Source: Deltaproteobacteria bacterium
GTDB taxonomy: Bacteria; Myxococcota_A; UBA9160; SMWR01
Reading direction: 5' to 3'
Length of the DNA stretch: 64,000 nucleotides
Assembly (NCBI GenBank): GCA_032128375.1
Contig: JAQBGU010000179.1
Span: forward strand, 60,511 to 124,510
Position 1 is the first letter of the stretch; each line of letters opens with the position of its first letter. The position numbers and the translations under genes were made by a program. The notes beneath the pieces are model-generated. The model was not told where the DNA came from. It ran no database searches and saw only the letters and a program-made list of their open reading frames with translations. Below are positions 9,980-20,008 of this stretch, piece after piece.

Positions 9980-11707
9980 TCAGGGCAGCAGAATCGGTGC
10001 CACAGGTAGGCCCCCCGCGTTACCGCCGCAGCCTATCCGCGAAGTCGAGATGACCAGATTGTCGAGGTATCGGACTCGACTGCCGGGTGCGCCGTCATTC
10101 CAATGGTTCTCGACGAACACAGCGTTGATTCCGTAGTCCGCGTATGCTCCCAGCCAATTCAGGCCGCTGATCTGGGCGTCCAGGTTGCCGTCGATCCAGA
10201 GATCGAACTCGCCGTCAGAGGCACCCGAACGATCCAGCTTTACGTGGGCTTCGATGCACTGCCACTGGTCGGCCCTCGAGGAAGCGAAGACGGGCGTCGC
10301 ACCCTGCCTGACACCCAACCAGCGCAGATTGTCGAAGTCGTTGTAGGCCGTAGTCGCCAACTGTCCAGCCGCGGTCACCCCACTCGCCGGATCGATCGCC
10401 AATGTGTCTGCTCCGTCTGTCCAGACGTGGGCGATGAAGGACTGGCTCCAATTGCCATCTACCAGGGCCGTCGCTCGCGACAATTTGTAGGGTGCACCTG
10501 ACCAGCCCGGACCGGTTCGCAAGTACATGCGCCAGTAGATCTCACGGAAGTCCTGAGTGTTGGCGATGCTCGAGCCGAGCGGATTCCGGCCAAAGGTCAC
10601 CTTGAGATCACCGGCATCCGAGTCTCCTGCTTCCCACTGAGCGCGCATTGCGTGGCCGCCCGAAACCCCCTCACCCGCGACCGGCACAAACTGGCCGGCG
10701 TCGTCGTTGTACTCGAAGTAGTCGGAGGAGAGAGTGGCGCTGTCCTCGAAGTTGTCACAAAAGAGAACTGCTGAATCCGGATTGCTTCCTTCCGGGCAGA
10801 ATGCTTCTACCGCCTGGCCATCGGGTAGCGGGCCCGGATCAGGATCGGGATCGGGAGGCGGGGTGCTCCCGAAGGTGGAGTTCCACACATCGTCCAGCGA
10901 CAAATCGTCGAGCCATATCGTCCCGCCTGCGTCCCCCCCGCCTCTAGCTGGACACGGCACACCTTCGGCACACATTTGCGGAAAAAATGATTGGGGCCAG
11001 AAGCCCCAAGTGGCATTGATGATGTTCCCGCAGTCCACAGAACAGTCCATCAGCATTGTGGTCTGTGACGACGTACCGACGGATTTACCGTCTATGAACA
11101 ATTCGAGACGTGCAGTAGCGGAATCACCGGTCTGAAGGGTTAACGCTTGGACATATTCATGCCAGATCGCCACGGAAGGATTCGTTTCTGGGTGGAAATC
11201 GTATCCGACAGTGAGGGCAAAATCTTTCGTACCGCCGCCCAACCCTTCGCATTGATGACACTCCGATATTTCAATGCGGTCATGTGCCAGATACCCGGTA
11301 AATCCGCCCTGGGTAAACGGGTATCTCGTCGAGCCAAGACGACTGTTCTTCATTTTCTTGATTGCAGGATCGCGCGTTCCCCAATCCCAATCTGGACTGA
11401 TCTTCATCCAGAATCGGTAGTACAGGGTCTTACCGCTGCCCCATCCAACCGCAGGTGACAGTGTGTAGTTATTCAAAGTTACACACGGACTCTGAGTTTG
11501 ATTCGAGCCGCGAAGGACTAGCTTCATAGAGGCTGTTCCTTCGACCTTGTCTGAAAAATCAAAAACCGGAGGCTTCTCGCTATCGCACAAGCCTTTAGAG
11601 GTCGTCGTTGTATCTGCATCCCAGGAGAAATAGTTTGCTCCCATTGCGCCTGATGGGAATACGATCCACAAGATGGATATCGCGACAAATGCACATCGAT
11701 TCATCAT
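9980..11707 (-). CDS. Secreted two-domain ConA/polysaccharide-lyase-like protein with PD-repeat linker
   Basis: Signal peptide from MMNRCAF; two domains with Y.R.(Y/W)...K.SR and W...E...K/L...G...L.IDG patterns; PPPDPDPDPGP linker. Confidence 0.6.
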   Translation of the reverse strand: MMNRCAFVAISILWIVFPSGAMGANYFSWDADTTTTSKGLCDSEKPPVFDFSDKVEGTASMKLVLRGSNQTQSPCVTLNNYTLSPAVGWGSGKTLYYRFWMKISPDWDWGTRDPAIKKMKNSRLGSTRYPFTQGGFTGYLAHDRIEISECHQCEGLGGGTKDFALTVGYDFHPETNPSVAIWHEYVQALTLQTGDSATARLELFIDGKSVGTSSQTTMLMDCSVDCGNIINATWGFWPQSFFPQMCAEGVPCPARGGGDAGGTIWLDDLSLDDVWNSTFGSTPPPDPDPDPGPLPDGQAVEAFCPEGSNPDSAVLFCDNFEDSATLSSDYFEYNDDAGQFVPVAGEGVSGGHAMRAQWEAGDSDAGDLKVTFGRNPLGSSIANTQDFREIYWRMYLRTGPGWSGAPYKLSRATALVDGNWSQSFIAHVWTDGADTLAIDPASGVTAAGQLATTAYNDFDNLRWLGVRQGATPVFASSRADQWQCIEAHVKLDRSGASDGEFDLWIDGNLDAQISGLNWLGAYADYGINAVFVENHWNDGAPGSRVRYLDNLVISTSRIGCGGNAGGLPVAPILLP

Positions 11708-11804
11708 GGGTACCTTATCGGATCCGGCTGTCGACAGACTGTGATTCCAGTCACCCGGACAAGACTCACGGCCACGTGGGTCCACTCGACCAAGATTCGA
11801 TGAC

Positions 11805-12617
11805 TCATTCGGCAGTGCCTTCCGTCATGACTGCACGCACTGCCTCGAACTGTTCATCCTGGAGAAAGAAATAGTTGACACTCGAATCGCCTCGTCGGCG
11901 AGGCCGAAGGCTCGTCTTGTCGAACCAGTACGCTGCGTATCCCAGCTTGTCGAACCACTCAAAGAGCGCTTCTCCGTCGCTGCCGGCTGTATCGGGATCA
12001 TGGGAGACCTCGACGAGCCAGGCGGGCCGGGACTCTTTGGTGAGTTGCAGAGCCCCGCGAACACAGGCGAGTTCATGGCCCTCGACGTCGCATTTGACAA
12101 AGCTGAAGGGCCCCAGAGCACCTAGCGCGGTGTCCAGACAGCGGGTCGAGACAGAGTGGCCACCGGGCTCATCGCTGGCCTCAACGATTTGAGCCTGGTA
12201 CAGGTTGTCCCCCCCTGAGGGCCACGAGGGAACCTGCATCTGAGCCACTCCCTCTCGATCAGATGCTGCCCAGTGACAGCATTCTACGTTGGTCAAACCC
12301 AGTTGCGTCACTGTGTTCTGCAAGTACGCAAAGGTTTCCGGCATCGGCTCGATGCTGTGGACGCGACCCATCGGTCCCACCCACTCCGACAGGAATCGGG
12401 TGTAATCGCCGACATTCGCACCTACATCCAAGACCCTGTCGCCCGGGCGGACGAGGTGGCGGACCACCTCGAGATCGGGCTCATCGGCAAGACGCATGTC
12501 GCGGACGGCGCGCAGGTAGTGGATCCGCTTGACCCAATGGAGCATCCCAGTTGGGGCAACCCGCAGTAGGATCCTCCGAAGCAGCACGTTCGCTACGTTG
12601 GGTTCTGAATTCGACAT
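11805..12617 (-). CDS. FkbM family methyltransferase
   Basis: VLDVGANVG, SIEPMP, FVKCDVEGHEL; AGGAGG RBS before the ATG at 12617. Confidence 0.9.
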   Translation of the reverse strand: MSNSEPNVANVLLRRILLRVAPTGMLHWVKRIHYLRAVRDMRLADEPDLEVVRHLVRPGDRVLDVGANVGDYTRFLSEWVGPMGRVHSIEPMPETFAYLQNTVTQLGLTNVECCHWAASDREGVAQMQVPSWPSGGDNLYQAQIVEASDEPGGHSVSTRCLDTALGALGPFSFVKCDVEGHELACVRGALQLTKESRPAWLVEVSHDPDTAGSDGEALFEWFDKLGYAAYWFDKTSLRPRRRGDSSVNYFFLQDEQFEAVRAVMTEGTAE

Positions 12618-12637
12618 CCCCACGTTCCTCCTGCTTC

Positions 12638-12709
12638 GAATCGAATCAAACCGAATCGACTGGAATCGAGTCTGGGTTGAGTCGAAAATCGCAAATCGCA
12701 ATCGAATCG
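12638..12709. repeat. Degenerate GAATC pentamer array
   Basis: gaatc gaatc aaacc gaatc gactg gaatc gagtc ... gagtc ... gaatc. Confidence 0.6.
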
Positions 12710-13228
12710 TCGGAGCCGAAGTTGGCAGCCGATCCCTGCTCGAAGCGATGGGCTGATGTGTCGCTCTGGTTGGGGCGACACGCGGGGGCGCGCCGCCGAG
12801 GAGTATCTCTGTTCAGGTTTTGGATCAAAAGGATCAGCCAACGAGTCATTTGCGACCTATCCAAATTTCCTTCTGAGTCGGCTGAAACTTCGTCCTGTTG
12901 GGACGCTAACAAGTGCTCCTTACCGGTGCCTCCAGGTTTCGGGTGAAGAACTGGAGATGTGTGAATGGAATCCCGTGGCTGCGGCCTCTGAAGATTATCG
13001 TGTTCTTCCAGATCGGGTGTTGAAAAGGAACGAAGAGGGGTTTCGGGATCCGGATCGGAAACTCCCAAACATGGCAAGTGTCGATTGAAGGGATCAGCCC
13101 CCGATCCCGGGGCGATTTCAAGCTTCCGCGAGTGCAGCTCAGTTGAAGTGGTCTGGTCAACTCCCGGTAGCGACATGCAACAGGCGGTACCGATGATGGA
13201 AGGCCCAGTGGGCCCTATAGTTTGAAAC

Positions 13229-14413
13229 ATGACGGCGCTCCAAAGCAACCCCACGACTTCGGAGCGATCGTATAGGCTCGTGTATCTCTTTCCACTCGTG
13301 TGGAGGCCCACCAAGGAAAACTTTCGCCGTCGGTTCGAACTGCTCTCGGATGCTTGTCGCGGGCACGTCTTCACGTTGTCGGGAAGCCGCCAACGCGGCG
13401 TCGCGCTAGGGAGGTTCGCCTTCTCTTCAGAGCCGGTCGCTCACGGGAGGATCTCTTCGCTGATTGCGCGGCTCCGCGCAAACTTGCTGACGCCTCTCCG
13501 AATGCTCCGGCGGGGAGATGTGGACGTGATTGTCGCTTACGATCCCTATGGATCGGGCCTGAGCGGCGTTCTTCTGAAGTGGCTCCTCGGGGCGAAACTG
13601 GTCATCGAGCTCAATGGCGATTATCACCTGATGGAGGAGGCCGGGAGCAAGCTCAAGAGCCTCGCCGCAAAAAGGGCGCTGCGACTGTGCCTGAGAGTTG
13701 CGGACGCCGTCAAGGTACTCAACTCGGACCAGGAGGCCTTCGTGCGCCGAGAAGTTCCAGGGAAGGTGGTTTACCGCTTCTCCGATTTTGTCGCCGACGG
13801 CTACTTCCGCTCAGTCGACCATTTCCAAGGCGACTACCTGCTTTCCGTAGGGTATCCATTCGAGTTGAAGGGTATGGCCGAACTGATCGAGGCCTTCAAG
13901 CTGCTCGGTCACCGCCCTTCGCTCAAGCTCCGGATCATGGGACACTGCCCTCCCGACGAGTTGAAGCACTGGGAGACCCTCGCGGGGGACGATTCTCGGA
14001 TCGAGTTTGTCCCGCCGGGCTGGATCGAAGATGTCGCCGAGCACATGCGCGGTTGTTACGCGCTCGTGAATGCGGCGCACTTCGAGGCGATGGGACGCGT
14101 GCATCTCGAGGCAATGGCATGTCGAAAACCAATTGTCGCGACCCGTACCAACGGAGCGATCGATTACATCGTTGACGGGGAAACCGGCCTGCTCTGCGAG
14201 ATCGGAAACGCCGCAGATCTGGCAAGCAAGCTCGACACTCTCCTCTCCGACCCAGCGCGTGCACAGAGGATGGGCGACGCCGGCTTCGCAAGGCTCGACG
14301 CGAACTATTCGGAGCGGCAGTACATCGGCAACGTCCTCGAGATGCTCAAAGGACTCGATGCTTCGTCGGCCGACAAAGATTCGAGACGCGTCGACCCCTT
14401 GCGAGCACACTAG
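13229..14413 (+). CDS. GT4 glycosyltransferase
   Basis: KG..LIEAF, EAMGRVHLEAMACRKPIVA, DGETGLL motifs. Confidence 0.9.
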   Translation: MTALQSNPTTSERSYRLVYLFPLVWRPTKENFRRRFELLSDACRGHVFTLSGSRQRGVALGRFAFSSEPVAHGRISSLIARLRANLLTPLRMLRRGDVDVIVAYDPYGSGLSGVLLKWLLGAKLVIELNGDYHLMEEAGSKLKSLAAKRALRLCLRVADAVKVLNSDQEAFVRREVPGKVVYRFSDFVADGYFRSVDHFQGDYLLSVGYPFELKGMAELIEAFKLLGHRPSLKLRIMGHCPPDELKHWETLAGDDSRIEFVPPGWIEDVAEHMRGCYALVNAAHFEAMGRVHLEAMACRKPIVATRTNGAIDYIVDGETGLLCEIGNAADLASKLDTLLSDPARAQRMGDAGFARLDANYSERQYIGNVLEMLKGLDASSADKDSRRVDPLRAH

Positions 14414-14579
14414 GCTGCCGTCCGGCCGTCTCTTCAGTGTTCAGGTGGAGAACACCAGCAGATTGGAGGGAAAATTGCTCGGAGGAGTTACACAGTTCAG
14501 GATCCGTGCAGAGGACCAGATGAATCGGTGTCACCTACATATTTTTTTCAGATGTGAGGCTTCACGTCCTCTGGAGCTG

Positions 14580-15953
14580 TCACGAGGAGTTCAGAGCAGG
14601 CGGCGACCTTCCCGGTTCGTAGGCCGCATGGGGCAGCTCGCTCCCTCGTAGATCATCAGACCGAATTCTCTCGAGCCTTGCAATGCGTTCGATCGCGAAG
14701 CTCATCGCGATCAAATAATAGAGATGCGGGTAGTAGAGAACGGAGAGGAATATCCCACTGATCAGATAGGCGACGGTTCCGCAGAGGGCCGCGCGAGCGC
14801 AGGCATCCGCGTAATTTGTTTGTTCGGATGGAGAGCCGCTGGTTCTGGAGGAAAAGCGTAGGGTCCTGGCAATTGAGCCGAGATGAACCAGAAGCAGCCA
14901 GCCCCAGATCACAATCCCGAAGAGTCCCAATTCCGGAATCAGTGTGAAGTAGAGAGAATGAGTTGCTTGCCCGCCGAGGCTCTTCTTCGTCGGGTCCACG
15001 TCTTCAAAGTCACCCATGTACCAGTTGATGTTTCCCTGCCCCACGCCAAACAGCGGGTTGTCGAGAAAGGCACGCCACCCGATCCCCCAGCTGGCGATTC
15101 GTTCGACGCGAGTCGAATCTCCGCTGTCGTTGATCGTCGACATTTCAGTCCAGTAGTCCGGCGGCGCCAGCAACGCCAGGAACCCTGCCGCCACCAACCC
15201 GAGGATCACGAGGCGCACTCGGTGCTTACTCATCACCCACATTACGAAGGCAACGGACAGAAGCCCGACAAAGCCACCGCGAGACTTGGAGACCACAAGA
15301 CCACCCAGCATGGTCACCAACCCGACGAGTAGTACCAGACGCATACTCATGGCTTTCTCGTGTCGGAACAGAAAGTAAGCGAAGGGGATGCCCATCGTGA
15401 GGGCCAGGGCCAGGTCGTTCTCATCCCAGAATTCGTTGCCAGTCCCGCGACCACCGTGGGTAATGCCCCAGAAGCCCTGAAACGCAACGGCCGCGATCCA
15501 CATCAATGTGAACTTCCTGAGCCGCGAAAATGTGTCTACGAATGCACCCAGTGCCAGGCAAAACACCGTGAGCTGGAGCATCGCCCTGAAAGTATGGAAA
15601 GCATGGAAGTTGTTGCGGGCCAGTGGCACCCAGCAGCCCATGAATACCAAAAGAACAAGCAGCAGTTGAGCGCGCCGCTGATTCAGAGTGACCTTCTGGG
15701 ACACCAGCAGCCCCAGAAGCACCACGGTTACGAGTAGGCTGGGCCGAATATCGCCGAGGAAGGGAAGAACGTCTTGGGGGCGTGCATAATCGATGAAGGC
15801 ATATACGACCACAGCGACGAAAGCGTACGAGGGAGCAATCCGCCTGCCTCGACCTCTACGCCGGACCGAACCAGGGGGGACTGCCCTAGACGATTGCGAT
15901 CGGTGTGGCTCCGACGCTGCAGCTGCCAAGCGAAGCTCCATCCCGCGTCCCAC
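14580..15953 (-). CDS. O-antigen ligase / Wzy-like polymerase (exosortase-locus type)
   Basis: About 11 TM segments; DENDLAL, SKSRGGF, R...W......DNPLFGVG, THSLY..LIPELG. Start uncertain. Confidence 0.85.
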   Translation of the reverse strand: MGRGMELRLAAAASEPHRSQSSRAVPPGSVRRRGRGRRIAPSYAFVAVVVYAFIDYARPQDVLPFLGDIRPSLLVTVVLLGLLVSQKVTLNQRRAQLLLVLLVFMGCWVPLARNNFHAFHTFRAMLQLTVFCLALGAFVDTFSRLRKFTLMWIAAVAFQGFWGITHGGRGTGNEFWDENDLALALTMGIPFAYFLFRHEKAMSMRLVLLVGLVTMLGGLVVSKSRGGFVGLLSVAFVMWVMSKHRVRLVILGLVAAGFLALLAPPDYWTEMSTINDSGDSTRVERIASWGIGWRAFLDNPLFGVGQGNINWYMGDFEDVDPTKKSLGGQATHSLYFTLIPELGLFGIVIWGWLLLVHLGSIARTLRFSSRTSGSPSEQTNYADACARAALCGTVAYLISGIFLSVLYYPHLYYLIAMSFAIERIARLERIRSDDLRGSELPHAAYEPGRSPPALNSS

Positions 15954-16125
15954 CCGGTGCTGTGAAAGCCGCGGCGCAAACGGGCGCCTTGCTGTTCTAC
16001 CTCATCGGCGTCACGGGCCATTCCCCTGCGCGGTTTCGATCACGATACGCGTCGAGAGCCGGTTACGCGGCCATGCAGGAACGTAACGCAGTCTCCGAGG
16101 GGTGCCCTCCCGGCTGCCAGGAAGT

Positions 16126-17493
16126 CTAGGGAACTCCTTCCAGGAGTCCGAAGACCTCATCGTACTGCGCCACTACAGCCGACCTGAAATCTGGAGTCTG
16201 GTGGCGAAGGGCTATCGCAATCGACTCCCTCTGCTGTTCCAACAGACGAAACGTTTCGGTCAACGCCTCCACGCTGAAGTTCTCTGCATCCATCATGTAG
16301 GCCCCGAGCCCGAACCATTCCATCAGGTCGCCTGCCTTCGCATGATAGGCGATCGCCAGGACTGGCTTGTGCAGCGCGAGCGACAGGAGAATTCCGTGAT
16401 AACGCGTCGCGACCATCAGATCCAGGTCGACGAGTTCTGACCGAAGATCACCCAAAGATCGAATGGTCGGCGCTCTGATGAGCTTGTCGCGCTCGGGGTC
16501 TCCCTGGACCATCTGGCTTCGGACATCATCGATGACCGCCGGATCGACCTTGAGTTGAGTCGGGATGAATCGCACTTCACAGCCCCGATCCAACAGCCAG
16601 TCCGCAAACCTGGCCAACTTCCCAATGTACTCTTCATACTTGGTGTGATCCGTCGTATACCAATAGTCTGTGTACAGCGGCAGTGGGTTGATCCCGACAA
16701 CCAGCCTCTCGCCCCTCGGAGCTTCCTTCGGGGCCACCGGCGACTCGAGACTGAAGGCCAGGTCCGGAACTAGCTTGTTTGCATCAGATACCCGAAGTGT
16801 GTCGACGACCCGTTTCGAAGTCTCATCTCGATAGGAGCGATAGCTCGCTCGCATGAGAGCACTTCGAATGAACCGACGCCCCAGCCAACTGTCGATCGGG
16901 CCCGCACCCACGCTGAGGAAGACCACCTTCGCGCCCGCCCTGCGGGCCAGCAGCGTCCATTTGAGGACGGTATAGGGGTACTGCCACGGCCCGCCCACAA
17001 AGTCATTCAACTGGTGAGAACCGGCGAAGATCAACAGATCCAGGCCTGCCGCGCACTCTCGAGAATCACGCAGAAATATCACTTCCCTGCCGATCTCTGG
17101 CACGCGTTCTGCCATTTCTACCGCGCAGCGTCCGACCGTTGAAAGAACCGGAATTCTCTTGACGAATTCCTTCACCCGGTCGAACAACGACGTGTGTCTC
17201 GGCTCCTCTGATTCCGCTCCGGCTGCGGATGTCTCTTCCCGATTCTGATGCTCCCGCTGGCGACGTATCGGAAACGAGCGAATGCCGTGTCGCTCCTCAG
17301 TGTCCAATGGAGCCAGGGAAAAGCCGCGGATCTCGGCATCCGGCCAACGGCCCCGGATGTTCTGAATCACTGCGGCGATGATCGCCTCGTCCCCGAGGTT
17401 CTCATTTCCGACATGACCCAGAACCCCAACTGTCACGGGTTTCGACATCTCGCTATCCCACCGAGATGCGATCGAGGGCGGAGTACCGCTCAC
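16126..17493 (-). CDS. Polysaccharide pyruvyl transferase family protein
   Basis: GNENLGDEAI, GAGPI, RDETS, VPDLAF, ATRYHG. Confidence 0.9.
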   Translation of the reverse strand: MSGTPPSIASRWDSEMSKPVTVGVLGHVGNENLGDEAIIAAVIQNIRGRWPDAEIRGFSLAPLDTEERHGIRSFPIRRQREHQNREETSAAGAESEEPRHTSLFDRVKEFVKRIPVLSTVGRCAVEMAERVPEIGREVIFLRDSRECAAGLDLLIFAGSHQLNDFVGGPWQYPYTVLKWTLLARRAGAKVVFLSVGAGPIDSWLGRRFIRSALMRASYRSYRDETSKRVVDTLRVSDANKLVPDLAFSLESPVAPKEAPRGERLVVGINPLPLYTDYWYTTDHTKYEEYIGKLARFADWLLDRGCEVRFIPTQLKVDPAVIDDVRSQMVQGDPERDKLIRAPTIRSLGDLRSELVDLDLMVATRYHGILLSLALHKPVLAIAYHAKAGDLMEWFGLGAYMMDAENFSVEALTETFRLLEQQRESIAIALRHQTPDFRSAVVAQYDEVFGLLEGVP

Positions 17494-18245
17494 GATTGCT
17501 TCTGTCCGACGGCGATAATCGAGTAGCCAGTCCCGAATCGGTCCTTCAGGGCTTGCAATCGACGCGGGCTGATCAGCCAGCTGGCGGCCCTGTTGAGCTT
17601 CGTCGAGTTGATGATGCGGAGCCAGCCACGCGCTCCCATCGGAATCACGGAAGCGGTCCGGATTACCTTGAAGTGCGGCTCGAGCAGACTCTTCAGCCCC
17701 TTCATATCGAGGAACTTCTTGATGTGCTCATCGGGATCTTCCGAGCCGACACCGACGAGGCCATCAGAATCTCTGACCCGCTGCATCACGAACTTGTTCG
17801 CAGCCGAGATGATTAGATACCCGCCGGGCTTGATGACCTCCGCGATTCGGCGGATCAATAGCGGCTGATCACTGACATGCGGAATGACTTCTTGGCAGAC
17901 CACCACATCGACGGGCTCGCTAGCGAGCTGGATCTGATAGAGATCGCCGGCGGCGAATCGGATCTCCGGGAACTGCGATTTAGCCGCGGCGATCGCGGTC
18001 TCAGATAGATCCACGCCCTCGGTCGGACCGAATTCGGACAGGAGATTGGCCATCCAGCCGGTGGCGCAACCCAGGTCGAGGATTCGCGGATTTTCGAGTG
18101 AGAGATCCCTTAGTATCGCGAGAATCGCCTCGGACCTCTCCTTCTGCCAATCGTTCGGTGAGCGCTGGTTCCCCCATCGCTCATCCCAGTAGCCCTGCTG
18201 CTCCACGATCGACGGATTCTTTCCATCGTTCGCATGTTGACCCAT
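17490..18245 (-). CDS. Class I SAM-dependent methyltransferase
   Basis: ILDLGCATG, GVDLS, EVIPHV, IKPGGYL. Confidence 0.9.
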   Translation of the reverse strand: MGQHANDGKNPSIVEQQGYWDERWGNQRSPNDWQKERSEAILAILRDLSLENPRILDLGCATGWMANLLSEFGPTEGVDLSETAIAAAKSQFPEIRFAAGDLYQIQLASEPVDVVVCQEVIPHVSDQPLLIRRIAEVIKPGGYLIISAANKFVMQRVRDSDGLVGVGSEDPDEHIKKFLDMKGLKSLLEPHFKVIRTASVIPMGARGWLRIINSTKLNRAASWLISPRRLQALKDRFGTGYSIIAVGQKQS

Positions 18246-18328
18246 GTCGTTCCTCCTCTCACCTGGCTCTGGCGCTTCGGCATTTCTGGCTTGATCTCAG
18301 ACTATCGCAGGGGAGTGACCCACCGGGC

Positions 18329-19849
18329 TCACTCGTGAGCCCGGGTCACGAAACGCATGACGGATCCAGGAGGTAACAACCGACTCTTCTCCTCGTGAGT
18401 GAGGCTCACGAGCCAGGCTCCGAGCGCTGCAAGAGGCAACACGAGCGAGACCTGCGCAAAGTAGAGGATCAGGTTGTCCGCCGGCCACTCCTGTTCGATG
18501 AACCAGCTTCCCGCAGCGAACGGCAGCATCGCGACGGCCGGCCGTATCCAGACGGTGCGCCAGAACAGCGAGATCGGGGTCCCCAGCACGCGCTTGACAT
18601 ACCAAGGCGCGAAGAACAACGACGCCAATAGGCGAGGTGCGGTAGTTCCCCAAGCCACACCGATGATTCCATACGATTGAAGCCAGATCACGCTGAGGCC
18701 GACGTTGAACACCGCTTCGACCATGAAGGCTGGCACCAGACCTCGGTGCTTCGAGATTCCCATCATGGTCGCTACGACAACCTGATAACCGACGGCGACC
18801 GCCAGGGCGAGACTGAGGATGTAGAGAACCTCGCCGGCGGGCTCTGCGTATTCTTCTCCCATCCACAGCCCGATAAAGGATTGCCCGCGCAGCATGAACG
18901 TAATGACGATCGGCAGGATGATCAGCGTGGAGATCCGCGATCCGACGAGAAGAACTCGCTGCAAGTCGTCACGCTCATCCCCTGCTTCCAGTGCGCTCGC
19001 CGACGGGGTCAAGATGGTCGATATGCCACTGATCGGAGCGCGCGCATACTCGGTCAGGTTCGCCGCGATGGCGAAGAAGGTGACCATGCCGATCGGAAGA
19101 AACGAGCCGATGACGACCGCATCGCTGAACAAGATGAGCATGCCAGATGCTTGAAGGAGTAGAACAGAAGCACTGAAAGAAAATATCATTTTCAGGTGTT
19201 TGCGCCGACACTCTGTGAACACTGCCCTCATCTCGGGATACAAGCGACGACTGAGCCAATAGTTCGCCAATCCACGAGCAGCAGACATTCCGAGTTGGAT
19301 TGCGGCCAATGAGACGAGTCCCATTCCCTCGTTCAACGCCAGAAAGATCGCGGCTGCGCGGAACGCACCGATGACGACTTCGACTGCGTTGATGTGGTCG
19401 AAGCGTTGCAGGCCGGCGACAACCCCCCCGTACACGCCGCTGACAAGCGACACTCCTATGTTTACTCCACCTAGGATCAGCACAATGCCAGCGACACTGA
19501 CGAGATCCGCTGGGATCTCGAAGATCTGCCCGATGAATGCCGCCAGAATGCTGGCAATCGCGATCGCCAGCAGCCCGATCACGGAGAAGACCACCAGAGC
19601 AGAAGAGGCTACTCGCGTTGCTTCGAGGTGATTTTCCTGGGTGTGGAACTTGGCAATGAATCGGGTAACGGCCGCCCGAACTCCCAGATCGAGCAAGCCC
19701 AGATAACCGACTAGCGAGCCCAGAAGAACCCAAATTCCGTACGACGCGTCCCCAAGGCTATGCACGACGAAGGGAGACAAGACGAAGTTGATGCCCGCCG
19801 TAAAAGCGTACCCGCCCCAATTCGACAGGACGTTTCTGGTTCGGCTCAT
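18329..19849 (-). CDS. Wzx-type oligosaccharide flippase
   Basis: 12-14 TM segments; N-terminal NVLSNW...LG...YGIW...LLDLG pattern. Confidence 0.9.
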   Translation of the reverse strand: MSRTRNVLSNWGGYAFTAGINFVLSPFVVHSLGDASYGIWVLLGSLVGYLGLLDLGVRAAVTRFIAKFHTQENHLEATRVASSALVVFSVIGLLAIAIASILAAFIGQIFEIPADLVSVAGIVLILGGVNIGVSLVSGVYGGVVAGLQRFDHINAVEVVIGAFRAAAIFLALNEGMGLVSLAAIQLGMSAARGLANYWLSRRLYPEMRAVFTECRRKHLKMIFSFSASVLLLQASGMLILFSDAVVIGSFLPIGMVTFFAIAANLTEYARAPISGISTILTPSASALEAGDERDDLQRVLLVGSRISTLIILPIVITFMLRGQSFIGLWMGEEYAEPAGEVLYILSLALAVAVGYQVVVATMMGISKHRGLVPAFMVEAVFNVGLSVIWLQSYGIIGVAWGTTAPRLLASLFFAPWYVKRVLGTPISLFWRTVWIRPAVAMLPFAAGSWFIEQEWPADNLILYFAQVSLVLPLAALGAWLVSLTHEEKSRLLPPGSVMRFVTRAHE

Positions 19850-20008
19850 TTTGCGAACCGGGAGTAGGCGAACCCTCTAGACGCCGCTCCGACCGACGTC
19901 TTCCCCTGCCTCGAACCTGCACCCGGCACGCATCCACGAATCTGTGCAGAAGCGCCGGGTCGTCCGACTCGGGCCGATTTCATCTCGATGTTCCGCACTC
20001 GCCTTCGC

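Noticed and set aside
14346..14534. Short ORF with GT8-like start (PIHLVLCTD)
   Set aside because: Match too short to distinguish from chance.
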